From: Guillardia theta CCMP2712
Taxonomy: Eukaryota; Protista; Cryptophyta
NCBI RefSeq assembly: GCF_000315625.1
Contig: NW_005434597.1
Location: forward strand, 46,924-110,923
Reading direction: 5' to 3'
Length of the DNA stretch: 64,000 nt
The notes beneath the pieces are model-generated. The model ran no database searches and was not told the origin of the DNA. It was given only the letters and a program-made list of their open reading frames with translations. The position numbers and the translations under genes are program-made. Below, one piece after another: positions 37,913 to 51,270 of the stretch; the first letter of the stretch is position 1, and each line of letters opens with the position of its first letter.

Positions 37913-40900
37913 ATGAGGGTCGCAACGTGTCAGCTCGCAGCTGTGCTGGCGCTTCTCCTTCCATGCGCACAAGCTTTCACCCCTTCCTATGTGAACGGCC
38001 GTTCCATCCAACTCCGTGCTGCCAAGTCATCCGCCGTCTCTGGAGTCCCTAACTTCCTTCGTCTGCGGAACAATGCTGTGCGATCGCTGCAGATGGCGAT
38101 CAGCGATGAAGCAAGAATCTCTACTTCAGGAGGAGCCGGTGGCTTCTTCACGTGAGTCCGACTTTGAAGAGGAGGGGTGCATTGAGCTGACTGGCTTGCA
38201 GTAACTCCAACCCGGAGGATCGTCGTGTTGTTCCTGAGAACGTCAACGGCCGCAAGAAGTTCAAGGTCGTCTACGTCGTTCTCGAGTCTCAGTACCAGTC
38301 CTCCATGACTGTCGCCTGCAAGCGCATCAATGCTGCTCAGGTGATCCATACCGTACTCACTCGCTGGAACTGACGCTTCGGCAGCCAAACATGTGCGTGG
38401 AGGCTGTCGGATACCTTCTTGAGGAGCTCCGCAACCCGGAGACCCTCGAGGCGTTCAAGCGGGACGTTGAGTCGGCGAACATCTTCATCGGCTCGCTCAT
38501 CTTCGTGCAAGAGCTCGCCGAGAAGGTCGTCGAGGTTGTGAAGCCTCTCAGGGAGAAGCTCGATGCTGTCCTCATCTTCCCGTCCATGCCCGACGTGATG
38601 CGCTTGAACAAGGTCAGGCTCTGCCGCCGTCTCCTAGCTGTTCTAACGGGACGCAGGTCGGAACCTTCACCATGGCTCAGATGGGACAGTCGAAGTCCGT
38701 CATCGGTGAGTTCATGAAGAAGAAGAGGAAGGTAAGACTTGGCCCTCCTCCTTCTTCGCATCTGATGGCCTCCTAGGAGGACGGAGCCTCTTTCGAGGGC
38801 TCTATGCTCAAGCTCCTCCGCACCCTCCCCAAGGTGCTCAAGTTCCTGCCGTCCGACAAGGCGCAGGACGCGAGGTCCTTCATGCTCTCGTTCCAGTACT
38901 GGCTCGGAGGATCCCCCGAGAACTTGGAGTCGATGCTTCTCAACATGGCCAACACCTATGTCTATGACGGCAAGATGGTGAAGGAGGAAGAGATCGCCTC
39001 TCCTGTCCTCCTCCCCGACGTCGGCATCTGGCATCCCCTTGCTCCCAAGGTCTTCGAGGACTCGACCGAGTACAACAGGTGGTACAACGAGGAGCACGCA
39101 AACTCTGTAGGCATCGACCCCAAGAAGGCCCCGACCGTGGGAGTGATCCTTCAGAAGTCGCACATCAACACCAAGGACGAGTGCCACTACACCTCCCTCA
39201 TCCAGGAGCTCGAGGCCCGCGGTTGCCGCGTCATGTGCATCTACTCAGGAGGCCTCGACTTCTCGGGCCCGGTTGATCAGTTCTTCACCAACGGCGCTGT
39301 CGTCCCTGACTCCGTCATCAACCTCACCGGCTTCGCCCTCGTCGGAGGACCCGCGTCCCAGGACCACGACAAGGCGGTCGAGACTCTGTCGAAGCTCAAC
39401 CGCCCCTACCTCTGTGCTGTTCCTCTGGTCTTCCAGTCCTTCGAGGAGTGGAAGGCGTCCGAGCTCGGACTTCATCCCATCCAGGTTGCCCTCCAGGTCT
39501 CCCTCCCTGAGATCGATGGAGCCATCGAGCCCATTATCTACGGAGGACGCGACGGCCTCACCGGACGCACTGTCCCCCTCCCTGACCGCATCTCCCTGCT
39601 CGCTGAGCGTGCGATCAAGTGGGCCAACCTGAGGATCAAGAAGAACAAGGACAAGAAGCTTGCCATCTCGATCTTCTCCTTCCCTCCCGACAAGGGTAAC
39701 GTCGGCACCGCCGCCTACCTCGACGTCTTCTCCTCCATCTTCGCCGTCGGTCAGGAGCTCATCCGTCAGGGCTACAACCTCGGCGACTTCCCCAAGTCGT
39801 CTACGGAGCTCATCGATGCCGTTCTTAATGATAAGGAGGCGCGTGTTGGCTCCCCCTACCTCAACGTCGAGTACCGCATGTCCGTCGATGAGTACAAGGA
39901 GCTCACTCCCTACGCTGCCGAGCTCGAGGAGAACTGGGGCAAGCCTCCTGGCCAGCTCAACTCGGACGGTCAGAACCTCCTCGTGTACGGCAAGAAGTTC
40001 GGCAACGTCTTCATCGGCGTTCAGCCTTCCTTCGGCTATGAGGGTGACCCCATGCGTCTCCTCTTCTCCAAGAGCGCCTCCCCCCACCACGGCTTCGCCG
40101 CCTACCACACCTACCTCGAGCGTGTCTTCGGGGCTGATGCCGTTCTTCACTTCGGTACCCACGGATCGCTCGAGTTCATGCCCGGCAAGCAGGTTGGCAT
40201 GTCTGGCTCCTGCTACCCCGACCGTCTGATCAACTCCATGCCCAACATCTACTACTACGCGGCCAACAACCCCTCGGAGGCGACCATCGCCAAGAGAAGA
40301 AGCTACGCTGCCACCATCTCCTACCTCACTCCTCCTGCCGAGAACGCCGGGCTCTACAAGGGGCTCAAGGAGCTCGGAGAGCTCGTCTCCTCCTACCAGG
40401 GTCTTCGCGAGAACGAGGCGAGGGGCCCCAGCATTGTCAACTCCATCGTCGCCTCCGCCCGCACGTGCAACCTTGACAAGGACATCACGGACCTGCCAAC
40501 CGAGGAGGAGGACGCCAAGGAGTTCACCCTCGACAAGCGCGACAAAGTTGTCGGCGCCGTCTACCGCAGGCTTATGGAGATCGAGTCTCGTCTCCTCCCC
40601 TGCGGCCTCCACACCGTCGGCGTCCCCCCCACCGCCGAGGAGTCAGTGGCAACACTGGTCAACATCGCGTCCATCGATCGCCCGGAGGACGGAATCAAGT
40701 CGCTTCCTCGCATCATCGCTGAGAGCCGCGGGAGGGACATCGAGGACATCTACCGCAACAACAACAACAACGTCCTCGCCGACGTGTCTCTCAACCAGGA
40801 GATCACCGAGGCCGTCAGGGAGGCCGTCAGGGCTCTCGTCAAGCGCTCGACCAACATCAACGGACGGGTGGAGGCAGTGAACCCCATGGCCTCGGTCTTC

Positions 40901-42384
40901 GACTCCATGACCGGTGGTACCCCATGGAAGAAGGCTCTCTCGGCCAAGGGCTTCCAGGTCGAGGACTCTGCCATGGCGCCGCTCTTCAAGTACCTCGAGT
41001 TCTGCCTTCAGCAGGTGGTGGCCGACAACGAGCTCGGAGGCCTCGTCGGCGCTCTCGACGGCAAGTACATCCTTCCTGGGCCCGGAGGTGACCCAATCCG
41101 CAACCCCGACGTGCTTCCTACCGGCAAGAACATGCACGCTCTCGACCCTCAGTCCATCCCCACCAGCGCCGCCGTTGACTGCGCCAAGGTCGTTGTTGAC
41201 CGTCTGCTGGAGAGGCTCGCGGCTGACAACGGGGGAAGTACCCTGAGTCCATCGCCTTCACCCTGTGGGGTACCGACAACATCAAGACCTACGGCGAGTC
41301 TCTTGCTCAGGTCCTCCAGCTCGTCGGCGTCCGCCCCGTCCCCGACTCCCTTGGCCGCGTGAACAAGCTCGAGCTCATCCCCCTCGAGGAGCTCGGCAGG
41401 CCCCGCGTCGACGTGGTCGTCTCCTGCTCGGGCGTCTTCCGCGACCTCTTCATCAACCAGATGAATCTGCTCGACCGCGGCGTCAAGATGGCGGCAGAGG
41501 CTGACGAGCCTCTCGAGATGAACTTCGTCCGCAAGCACGCCAAGGAGCAGGCCGAGGAGCTCGGCATCTCCCTCCGTGACGCTGCTACCCGCGTCTTCTC
41601 CAACGCTGCGGGCAGCTACAGTGCCAACGTGGGTCTTGCGATCGAGAACGGAGGATGGGAGGGAGAGCAGCAGCTGCAGGAGCAGTTCCTCTCCCGCAAG
41701 GGCTACGCGTTCAACGCGGACAAGCCGGGCATGATGGAGCAGGCGCAGGAAGTGTTCAAGAGCTCCCTGAGCAAGGTGGACTGCACCTTCCAGAACTTGG
41801 ACTCGTCTGAGATCTCCCTCACCGACGTTTCCCACTACTTCGACTCCGACCCCACCAAGGTCGTCCAGGGCCTCCGCAAGGACGGCAGGAAGCCCACGTC
41901 CTTCATCGCCGATACCACCACTGCTAACGCTCAGGTACATATCTCTTCCCCTTGCTCTCTCTCTCTCCTCCTCTCTCACATATCTGCTCCTGCTCTAACT
42001 CTCCTTCAGGTTCGCACGCTCTCTGAGACCGTCAGGTTGGACGCGCGCACGAAGTTGCTCAACCCCAAGTTCTACGAGGGCATGCTCAACAGCGGCTACG
42101 AGGGCGCTCGCGAGATCACGAAGCGCCTGCGCAACACCATGGGCTGGTCGGCTACAGCTGGGGAGGTTGACAACTTTATCTACGAGGACGCCAACGACGT
42201 TTTCATCAAGGACGAGAGCATGCGGCAGCGGCTGCTTGAGACGAACCCCAACGCCTTCCGTGACATGATCACGACCTTTCTCGAGGCCAACGGGCGAGGC
42301 TACTGGGACACGTCAGAGGAGAACCTCGACCGCCTGCGCGAGCTCTACCAGGACGTGGAGGACCGCATCGAGGGAGTGATGTAA
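37913..42384 (+). CDS. chlH: Magnesium chelatase subunit H, plastid-targeted; apparent 1-nt frameshift at ~41235
   Basis: Bipartite signal ...CAQA-FTP; [95 protein letters not shown]. Confidence 0.97.
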
Positions 42385-42621
42385 GCTGAGGCGCGAGGAG
42401 AGAAACGCAGCGCTCGCCGATAGCGAGCATGCGGTGAGAGACCCTTGCTAGGTAGAGGTTGTCTTATTTGCAGTGAAGTGAACCAACTTATGGATCAGCT
42501 CCTCCTACTCCTCCTTCTACTCCTCCTAGTCCTCCCACCTCCAATCTGTAGCACATCAACCTTCCCTCCCCTCTCCTCACTTCATCTCCCCCTCCCCCTC
42601 CTCTCTCCCTCTAACTCTTTC

Positions 42622-43682
42622 CTATACGTTCACTATCTCATGGCTCTGATAGAGGCCGTGCGCCTCCTGCCTTGCTTGACCTCTTGTTGTCGTCCGCGTC
42701 ACCTGCTCCTGCTCCTGCTCCTGCTCCTCCTCCATCGTCGCGTCCTCCCCCGTCACCTTCAGCCTGCAATGCTGGCATGCTCGTTCCTCCCATCCGCCCC
42801 ATCCCATCTCTGCGGCACACATGCAGCAGCTCCACCATGGGTACTGTGAGAAGTGAGGGGAAGCGAGGAGAGGTCAAGAGACTCACGTCCTGCGAGCGAG
42901 AAGAAGAGAGGAGCGCGGGAGAAGAAAGAGAGTGAGAAGCAGCAGCAGCAAGAGAGCATGCTTACCCCCTGAGGATGCGAGGGAGGAGGAGAAAGCGGCA
43001 CAAGAGTCAGAGGAAGGCGAGGAGACAAAGAGACAGACCGACTGCAAGAGAGTCAGGGAGAGCGACAGCCGAGGAGGGGAAGGAGATGAAGATGAGAAGC
43101 TGACATGCAGCACGACAGAGCATGGGGGGGAGGTAGGAGGAAGGAGAGGAGAGAGTGGAGTAAAAGGGGGTCGAAGCTGAGAGGTCGAGACTCACACAAA
43201 CGTTGACTTGAGTTGGTCCTGAGGCCACTGGTACCTGAAGGGCAGCTTCACGAGCAACTTACATGTCTTCATTCCGGCTGCTGCTCACCCCGCACCGCTG
43301 GCAGGCATGCGGCATCGCCTCCGCTCAGAACTCAGACGATCTGCGAAAGATCAGTCGACATGTCGTTCCTCTCACGTCATAGAAGAGTAACGCCAACATG
43401 GAACGAAGGGGAGGAGATCAGAGACGGAGGACACCAGGACTCAACTTGATCCCCTTCTTTCAACAAGAACATCATCATCACCATCACCACCACCACCACC
43501 ACCACCACCACCATCTTCTTCCACTTCCTTTCCACTTCCTCCTCCTCCTCNNNNNNNNNNNNNNNNNNNNNNNNNNNNNNNNNNNNNNNNNNNNNNNNNN
43601 NNNNNNNNNNNNNNNNNNNNNNNNNNNNNNNNNNNNNNNNNNNNNNNNNNATCATCACTTCATCATCAACTTCATCATCATC

Positions 43683-43714
<32 letters not shown>

Positions 43715-43754
43715 CATCATCTTCATCTTCATCACCATCATCTCCATCACCATC

Positions 43755-43786
<32 letters not shown>

Positions 43787-43969
43787 CAACTTCATCATCA
43801 TCATCGTCATCATCATCATCATCACCACCACCATGATCGTCGTCTCACCTGTGACTTCACTCCCCGACGAGTATCATCAGCTCTGTTCATTCTTCCTCCC
43901 GCTGTTCCTCCCAGTGTTCCTCCCGACTCAGCTTCAGACTCAGCTTGAAGTGAGTGGAGTGAGGGCCAT
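42622..43969 (-). CDS. Multi-exon hypothetical protein
   Basis: First exon MALTPLQAESEAESGG...GVKSQ followed by GTGAG; further small spliceable pieces at 43200-43330, 42890-42965 and 42750-42840. No family recognised. Confidence 0.3.
43470..43835. repeat. (CAT/CAC)n trinucleotide tract around a gap
   Basis: Seen directly. Confidence 0.9.
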
Positions 43970-44129
43970 TAGTGGGTATGAGGGAGATGAATGCCGGGAA
44001 AGTACTCCGGGCAGATCGCAACCAATTCTTTATGGAGCTGAATTTATTCCATCAAAAATTGAAAATTACATTTACCACCATGGAAATATTGGAAAACAAA
44101 CTGAATTGAACTTCCAGTACCCACCAGTT

Positions 44130-45060
44130 CCGTGACCCCCCAACTCCTCAATCTACACCCCTTCTACCCCCCAGAAAGTACCCCACCCTCCAATAGCACT
44201 AGAGACTTCTTCAGGCGACACCCCTTATCGAAATGGACCCCAACCACCCCCGCTCTATCCTACCCCTACCCCCCGTACACAAGTACCCCTGTGTATCTGG
44301 AATGAACCCAATAACCTCTCTCAGTCACATTGGAAACACCCCCCAGTCCTATACCACCCCACCCATAGGTTTCCTACCCATGGAATGCACATAACCCCCT
44401 CAACTACCATTCACCACCCTACATATTCACTATTGAACCTTTTCACTCAGCGTACTACCCCCCCTGTTTCTCTGTCGACTCTTTCCTACTACCCCACCCA
44501 CCAAGGTCTCCTTCGATCGGATTTACTGGCTTACCTCGCACGTCCCCAATAGTACCCCTCATTATGTAGGATCTTGAGCCTCTAAACGGTGGGTAGGGTG
44601 TAGGAGGGGTCGTCACCTCCACATCCTGCAGTTTGGGGGTAGTCGACGATAATCAACGACAGAGAGAAGATGGGGAGGTGGGGTGGTCATCGGATGGGGG
44701 TGGGATGGGGGAAGGGGCGGATGATTTCGCTTGACGGGGTGGGTGGATGGGAGGGGGTATGAGGGGTTGACATGACGGAGGAAATGTGAGGAGGACCAGG
44801 AGATAGGGGTAGTAGTCATCAGGGGTAGTGTGCGTTGTGTGACGATGGTGGGTGGGTGAATTTAGGGGAATAGGGTAGTTGGAAGGGTTCCTAGGGGGTG
44901 GATTGTTCGCATGTACGTGGTTGAGGGGTGGGGTGGGTATTGGGGGTGGGGTAAAAGAACCGACCTGCGCGGTCCATGAAGTAATGGAGGAGAGGTTGCG
45001 ATGAATGAGGGGGAGGGGGAGGAGGGGGAGAAGGAAGAGGAGGAGGAAGGGGAAGGACTT
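44130..45060. promoter_or_regulatory. Divergent intergenic region with mirror-image skew: TACCCC/C-rich left half, GGGGTA/G-rich right half
   Basis: The composition switch near 44520-44590 is visible; a regulatory role is inferred only from its position. Confidence 0.4.
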
Positions 45061-45593
45061 TATGAGGAAGATGGAAAGAGTTGAGGAGGAGGAGTTTTCA
45101 TTGTTCTTGTACACAATAGAAGGTCGCAGAGAGCGAGAGCAGAAACCTTCCGAAGTGGGCCAAGAAAGTTCAGAATGGGAAATTGGACGCGACACAAATA
45201 CAAGAAGATGAGATGAAATCGATGATGCGATAGGGAAGTGGAGTTGTGTGAAGTGTGACGAGTATGAGGAATGATGAAGATAGATGCGAGAAGAATTTGT
45301 TTTTTTGAGTTGAAGGGAGAAGGGAACACCAAGCAAGCTAGGCGAGATCCATCATGAACAGTTAGGAAAGCAAAGGCAATGCCATAGTGACAAGAGTGCT
45401 GAGCTAGACAACCCCATTGGATCATCATTTCCTGAGTGGATGAATGGTGCGCCCTTTATGTTTTCTGACTTGATCATGTAGATGTGCGGACCAGCAACAT
45501 TGTAGTCCTGAAATCAGCCGCTTCGAGACAAGTTTGATTTGGATTGCATGAAGAGACCTTCCTTCATAGTTTAACGTTGTCACTTTACTTGCA

Positions 45594-48500
45594 ATGCCAA
45601 CAAGGTCGCCCACTATTGACCCAAGAGATGACCCTATGGTCCAGCGGCTCAACGCCATCATGGAAGTTGTAGCCATACAGAACAACTTTGCACATGCAGA
45701 ATCGCTTCATCCAAGATCAGATGGACATTGCTTGGTTCAATATCCTGCGAACTATTGCAGAGACAGAGATGTAGAGAGATTCCACAAGGCCAGTGCGGAA
45801 TTTGTGTTTCCGCTTCAAATTGGTATTCCGGGTCGAGTTTGGAAGAGCAAAAGGTTTGCCTGGCACGGTGACGTAGCTACTTTGCCGTCAACCATTTATC
45901 TTCGAACAGAACTAGCTAAACAATCGAATCTTCACGGCTGTGTTGCGGTTCCTGTTCAAGTGGAAGCGGGATCTTTCTTTGTTGTTCTGTTCTATTGCTC
46001 CTATGAGCTTGGCTCTAGTCACATCGTGGAGAAGTTGCTGCAGAGCATTCAGAGTTCATTGGGCGGTGAGGGTATCTTGCCAAGAATGCTCATCCCTGAG
46101 GCCACTCCAAGTGAGGTAGACGTGGTGATAGGAAGCCGAAGTGTGCTTTCAAAGAGCAGAAGTTGGTTAAAGTGCGAACTTGCATTGCAGAAACCAGCGG
46201 AGATTCGGGGTAACGATGATGTAGAGGATATTATGAAGTTTACTCGGCGACTCGAGTTCTTCAAGCACATGGCTGAGGCACAGCGGTATCAACTCTGTCA
46301 TAGGATGACGCTGCAGCGAATCAACGGGGGCGAGCTTCTGCATCGCTCGACAGATCTCCCGGATCAATCGCTTTGGAGGATTGTTGTGCTCGGGAGAGTA
46401 GCAGTCTACGTGACTGAACCCTATGGCAATCCAAGTTATCCCGTGTGGCACTTCGACAGCGGACAAACGTTTGCGCAGTCATACCTCAACTTATTCTTGA
46501 ACAACTATGGCATCACTGCTCACATTCAATCGGTCACGCAATGCCAGTGCCTCCAAGTTCGGATCCCTCCAGAAATGCAGGAGGAATTCAAGGCGTGGAC
46601 AAGACCGCTCTGGTACGAGGAGCTCACTCGATACTTTGGAGTTTCGATCAACGAAGCAGGGGAGGCGCTAGGCATGTGCACGAGCGCGATCAAGAAGATC
46701 TGCCGGCGACATGGAATAGCGCGATGGCCTCATCGTAAGATTGCGAGTGTGGACAAGACTATCAGCTCACTGCAGCAGCGGATCAAAGAGATGGAGCTCT
46801 CTCAGAGTCACGATGGCGATGCCATCGCGAACCTCCGCTCGGAACTGATGGATGCGGTTCGCCAACGCATGCAGTGCGGATCGAATCGTCCTACTTTGCC
46901 TGTCACAACAGGAGACGAAGAGGAGGAGGAGGTGACGGTCTTGAGATATGTTTGATGCGTATGATGATTTTGGAGCAGGATGATGATGATTCGGAGAAGA
47001 GCTCGAAAGGGAGGAGGAGGGCCAAGAAAGAGAATATCAGAGACTCACCGACTGCAGACTCCCCATCTGACAGCAACTCGAGGGAGTCTCCTATCGACGA
47101 GACTTCGAGAAAGCGAGGGTTGATGGAGTACCAAGGGACGCACCCTGTAGAGTTTGGCATCATGCAGCATCAGCTCAACCCGATCCAATCTGTTCACATC
47201 TTCGATGAAGACCAGGAGCTACACGGGGACGAGTCTCCCTCCGACCAGGACCTCTACTCCACCCCGATCAACATTCGTGCCTCCTCCTTTGACAGCTCTC
47301 AGGTGAGTTGGGATTTCGACTCTTATACTTTAAATGTCTTACACGCCTGACATTTGTGCAGGGTATCGATTCTATCTTCCTCGACTCCCTGGATCAGCCC
47401 TCGTCGAACATGCACAACCAACTGCAGGGAGGAGGTGAAGGCTGTCCTTGCGAGTTTCTCGTCTCACGCGACCCTACAGGGAGCATGAGGTCTTCGACTT
47501 CGCTGGGTCAGGCGTCAGCGGAGACCATGGCGAGCGTGTTCGGCGCTGGTGAGCCAGGCGAGGCTGCTGTTGTCTGTACTGACCTGGAGCTGGTAGCGGG
47601 TATCCCTGTTGCTAGTGGTGGCGGTAGCGGTGGAGGAGGAATGGGGTCGATTGGTATGCAGCGACAGAGTGAGGGAGCAGCGCGCTATGGTTCGCAGCTC
47701 ATCGTTGACTTCAGATGACATGGGGGGCTACGGCTATGGAGTGAATCGACCTGCAGGCAAGACGAGAACTTGGCCATTGCCGAACTGACTTGCATCTCTA
47801 GTATACCAGCAGCAGGAAGCACAGTACTCGGCTGTGAGCGGCTCTATGCAGAATCCTTCTGGTTTCGTTGGGCAGAACATGTGAGACCTTGGCCGGCCTT
47901 TACCTGCCTGACCCTCCCATCCTCCATACTGCTTCTTACGCTCTGACCTTCCCATCCTCCATACTGCTTCTTACGCTCTGACCTCGCTCTGCTTCTCTCC
48001 ATGTCTCCCTTCCTCTCCTTCCCCCCTGATCTCTGCGTTGGCTCCTCCCCTCATGCATGATGGGCCAGGAGGTACCCCAACTCGTACCAGGGAGGTTCGG
48101 AACAGCCCTTGAAGACCATGAGGAGCGGTGCGCAAGGAGGGATGTGGATGAACACTGTCGACTCTCTTCATCCGATCCCGGAGAATCGTCAGGCCTATCA
48201 CAATCAGGTGAAGAGAGGGAGCGAGGGAGCGAAGGCCCTGTGACTCGTGTTCCTTTAGATGCCGCAGCACCCTGGACTTGTACAGCACGATACCCAAGGA
48301 AGGGGAGGAGGAATGGTGAACCACCAGGTGATAGAGGACCTCCAGGTAGTGCGTGAACTGACAGCAGCAGCTTTACCAGCAGCAGCAGCAGCCTCAGCAG
48401 CCTCAGCAGCAGCAGCAGCCTCAGCAGCCTCAGCAGCAGCCAGCTGTTCAACAATCACTTGCTCGGCACGACATGTCACGGCCTGTGCTGGTGAAGGAGT

Positions 48501-48772
48501 GAGAGTGCGGGAGGATGATGATGACGAGGAAGCAGATTGTGCGGGGAGCAACAGTGCCGGAGGAGGTGCAGGAGGCGATGAGGAAGTGGAACGTCCAACG
48601 AGTGGTGAGGAAAGGAGGAATGAAAGGGGAAGAGGTTGAAGTTGAGGCAGCGGAGGAGGGAGAGGGTAGAAAGGTGGGGGGTGGAGACGGAGGTGGCGGT
48701 GGAGGGGTAGCTGACCGTCAGGTTTGCAGTCTCAGGGACTTCAGCCTGTCACCTTCGAGTTCGCGTGATTGA
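45594..48772 (+). CDS. RWP-RK (NIN-like) transcription factor: GAF-like domain + cyclic-nucleotide-binding-like domain + RWP-RK + Q-rich tail
   Basis: GIPGRVWKS...IYLRTELAKQSNLHGCVAVPV (NLP-type GAF); LQKPAEIR...LEFFKHM...IVVLGRVAVY...GQTF (CNB fold); ELTRYFGVSINEAGEALGMCTSAIKKICRRHGIARWPHRKI; later exons include polyQ/P at 48363-48440. 3' exons approximate. Confidence 0.88.
47908..47983. repeat. Intronic 35-bp tandem duplication
   Basis: ctgacc(c/t)tcccatcctccatactgcttcttacgct x2. Confidence 0.85.
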
Positions 48773-48943
48773 TATCCTCTAACATGTTGCACATGTACCA
48801 ATAGCTTCGCTCATCCCTAAACTCGTTGTTTCCTTGTTCGCCTCCCTGGTCTCCCCCCCTCCCCCCGCGTCTCTTCCTCCCCTCCTGCCTCTTCTCTCAT
48901 GTCCCCCTGGTCACAAGGAGCATACTAAAGCGAAAGTGAAACT

Positions 48944-51238
48944 TTACAGCAACTGTGGCGTCTGCCTGTTCCCTCCCTCCTCCCCTCACATCACGATGTC
49001 TTCGCTCTCAAGCTGCTCGTCAACCTCCTCGGCCTGCCCAGAGAGTCAAGCGATGCGAGAGAGGAGAAGGGCAAGGAGAGGGAGAGAGGGGGGGGAGGGA
49101 GAGAGCGAAGGGAGGGAGAGGAAGTCAACCGGCTTGAGCGAAACTTTTAGGCCGATGGAGTACCTGCGAAGTTCGATGAGCAGGAAGCAAGAGAATGAGG
49201 TGAAGGAAGAAGCGAAGGATGGGAAAAGGGGGAGGGGAACTCGTAGAAGGACCAGTAGAAGGACCAGTAGAAGGACCAGTAGAAGACCAGTAGCCGTCGA
49301 AGGAACGAGGAGGAGGAAGGGAGAAGAGAGGAAGAATGAGGAAGAGGAGGGGCAGGAGGAGAGGTGGGGAGGTGTCTCACAGGTCAGCAAGGTACTCGAT
49401 GTCCTTGCGGATGGCGATGGAATATCTCAACTGCTTCCCGTCAGCTCCTCTCTCGCTCCTCCTGCAGGCCTACCAGGGGCAGAGTCTCCGAAGGCTCCCG
49501 CATGGCCTCCTCCCCTCGACCGTTGGACGGTGAAGCCTCCTTCCTCCTGCTGTAAACGCGACGGAAAGTGAGGCAGGGCCAAGGAGCAGGGAGGCAGGGA
49601 GGGAGGGAGGGAGGGAGGCGAGGGAGGCGAGGCGAGGCAGGGAGGGAGGGAGGGAGGGAGGGAGGGAGGCAGGAGNNNNNNNNNNNNNNNNNNNNNNNNN
49701 NNNNNNNNNNNNNNNNNNNNNNNNNNNNNNNNNNNNNNNNNNNNNNNNNNNNNNNNNNNNNNNNNNNNNNNNNNNNNNNNNNNNNNNNNNNNNNNNNNNN
49801 NNNNNNNNNNNNNNNNNNNNNNNNNNNNNNNNNNNNNNNNNNNNNNNNNNNNNNNNNNNNNNNNNNNNNNNNNNNNNNNNNNNNNNNNNNNNNNNNNNNN
49901 NNNNNNNNGAGGGAACTTCGCGCCTCACCCGAACTCTGACACACTAGGAGGAGGAAAGTTGAGCCTCGTGCCGAAAGGTTCCTCGATCATGTGGCCGACC
50001 ATCTACTCCAGTCAGAGGAAGAAGGAGAACAGGGAGAGGGAGAGGGAGAGGGAGAGGGGAGGATCAGTTGACCTCGGTGCCAAGGAGAGCCCAGCAGATG
50101 AAAAAGTGAGCGACCTGAGGAGAGTCAGAGGGAAGGAGGAGGGCGAGGAGGAAGAAGGGAAGAAGAGCGCGAGGGGAGGGAAGTCGAGGGGGCAGGGAGA
50201 AGAGGAGAGGAGGAGAGGAGGAGGGGAGAAGAGGGGAGGGAGCGGCAGGGCAGGAGGAGAGGAAGGTACCATAGCCATGAGAGGTCCGCAGTAGCTGACG
50301 AGGAAGAAGGGGAGGGTGAGGGTCCAGACCTGAGGGCCGTCAGGGAGCAGCAGGCGACATGCCCTCTTGCTCACCGAGAGAAATCGAGAAGTATGACGAG
50401 AGTAGGAGAGAGGAACCTGATGCCTAGCTTAGAGCTCTGCTCCCTTCCTCCTCACTCCTTCCTCTCTCCCCATCTCCCCGCCTGCCTCCCTCCCTCCTCC
50501 CTCGTCCATCGCCGCGTTCGGCTCAGCTTACTGGTGTAGTTGCGAGGCGCTCAGAGCGGGCGATGGCGGAGGAGAGCTCTTGGATGTGCAGATCCAGGTG
50601 ACTCCACAGAGTTCGCTGCTGCGGGCCACTGAAGGAGAGTGAGGAAGGGGAGGAGATGATGGTGAGAGTGGAGGAGGAGGAGCGCGAGAGAATGAAATGA
50701 AAGCAAGAGCAGGGAAGAAGACCGCGAAAGGAGCGAGGAAGGGGCAAGAAGGAGAGAGTAACAGACAAAGGAGGAGCTGGACAGTATGACTAGGAAGCGA
50801 TGGGACGGAGAAGAAGGAGCGGAGGAGGAGAGGAAGGGGAGGGGTGGAAGAGCAGGTGGAAGACCTCGCTTCAAGGAGGAGAGGACGAACTGCGAGTGAG
50901 AGAGCGAAGCAAAGCTGAAGAGGCATGTTGGAAGCCTGCAATGGACGGAGCAGGTAAGGATGAAGAGTTAACAACAAGCCAAAGATAAGAGATAAAAGGA
51001 TTCCTCCGGTCCAGATGTTTGCTCGTGGACAGCAGGGGCAGGAGCACGGGTAGAGGCATCGGCGGCGGCAGCAGCAGCAGCAGGAGTACCTCTGGTAGAG
51101 CCTTCAGGTCTTCAGCCGTTAAGAAGTTGCTGAGCTCCGTCAGGCTGCAAGCAAGTGATGAGACAAGAGGGAGAGAGACGAGAAATACTAGAACGAGAAG
51201 GAGCACCACCACCACCAAACGGCGGCGGCGGCGGCAGC

Positions 51239-51270
<32 letters not shown>

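Noticed and set aside
39245-41979. Long antisense ORFs opposite chlH (similar ones oppose the GT32 and GH38 genes)
   Set aside because: Shadow ORFs caused by high GC3 codon bias.
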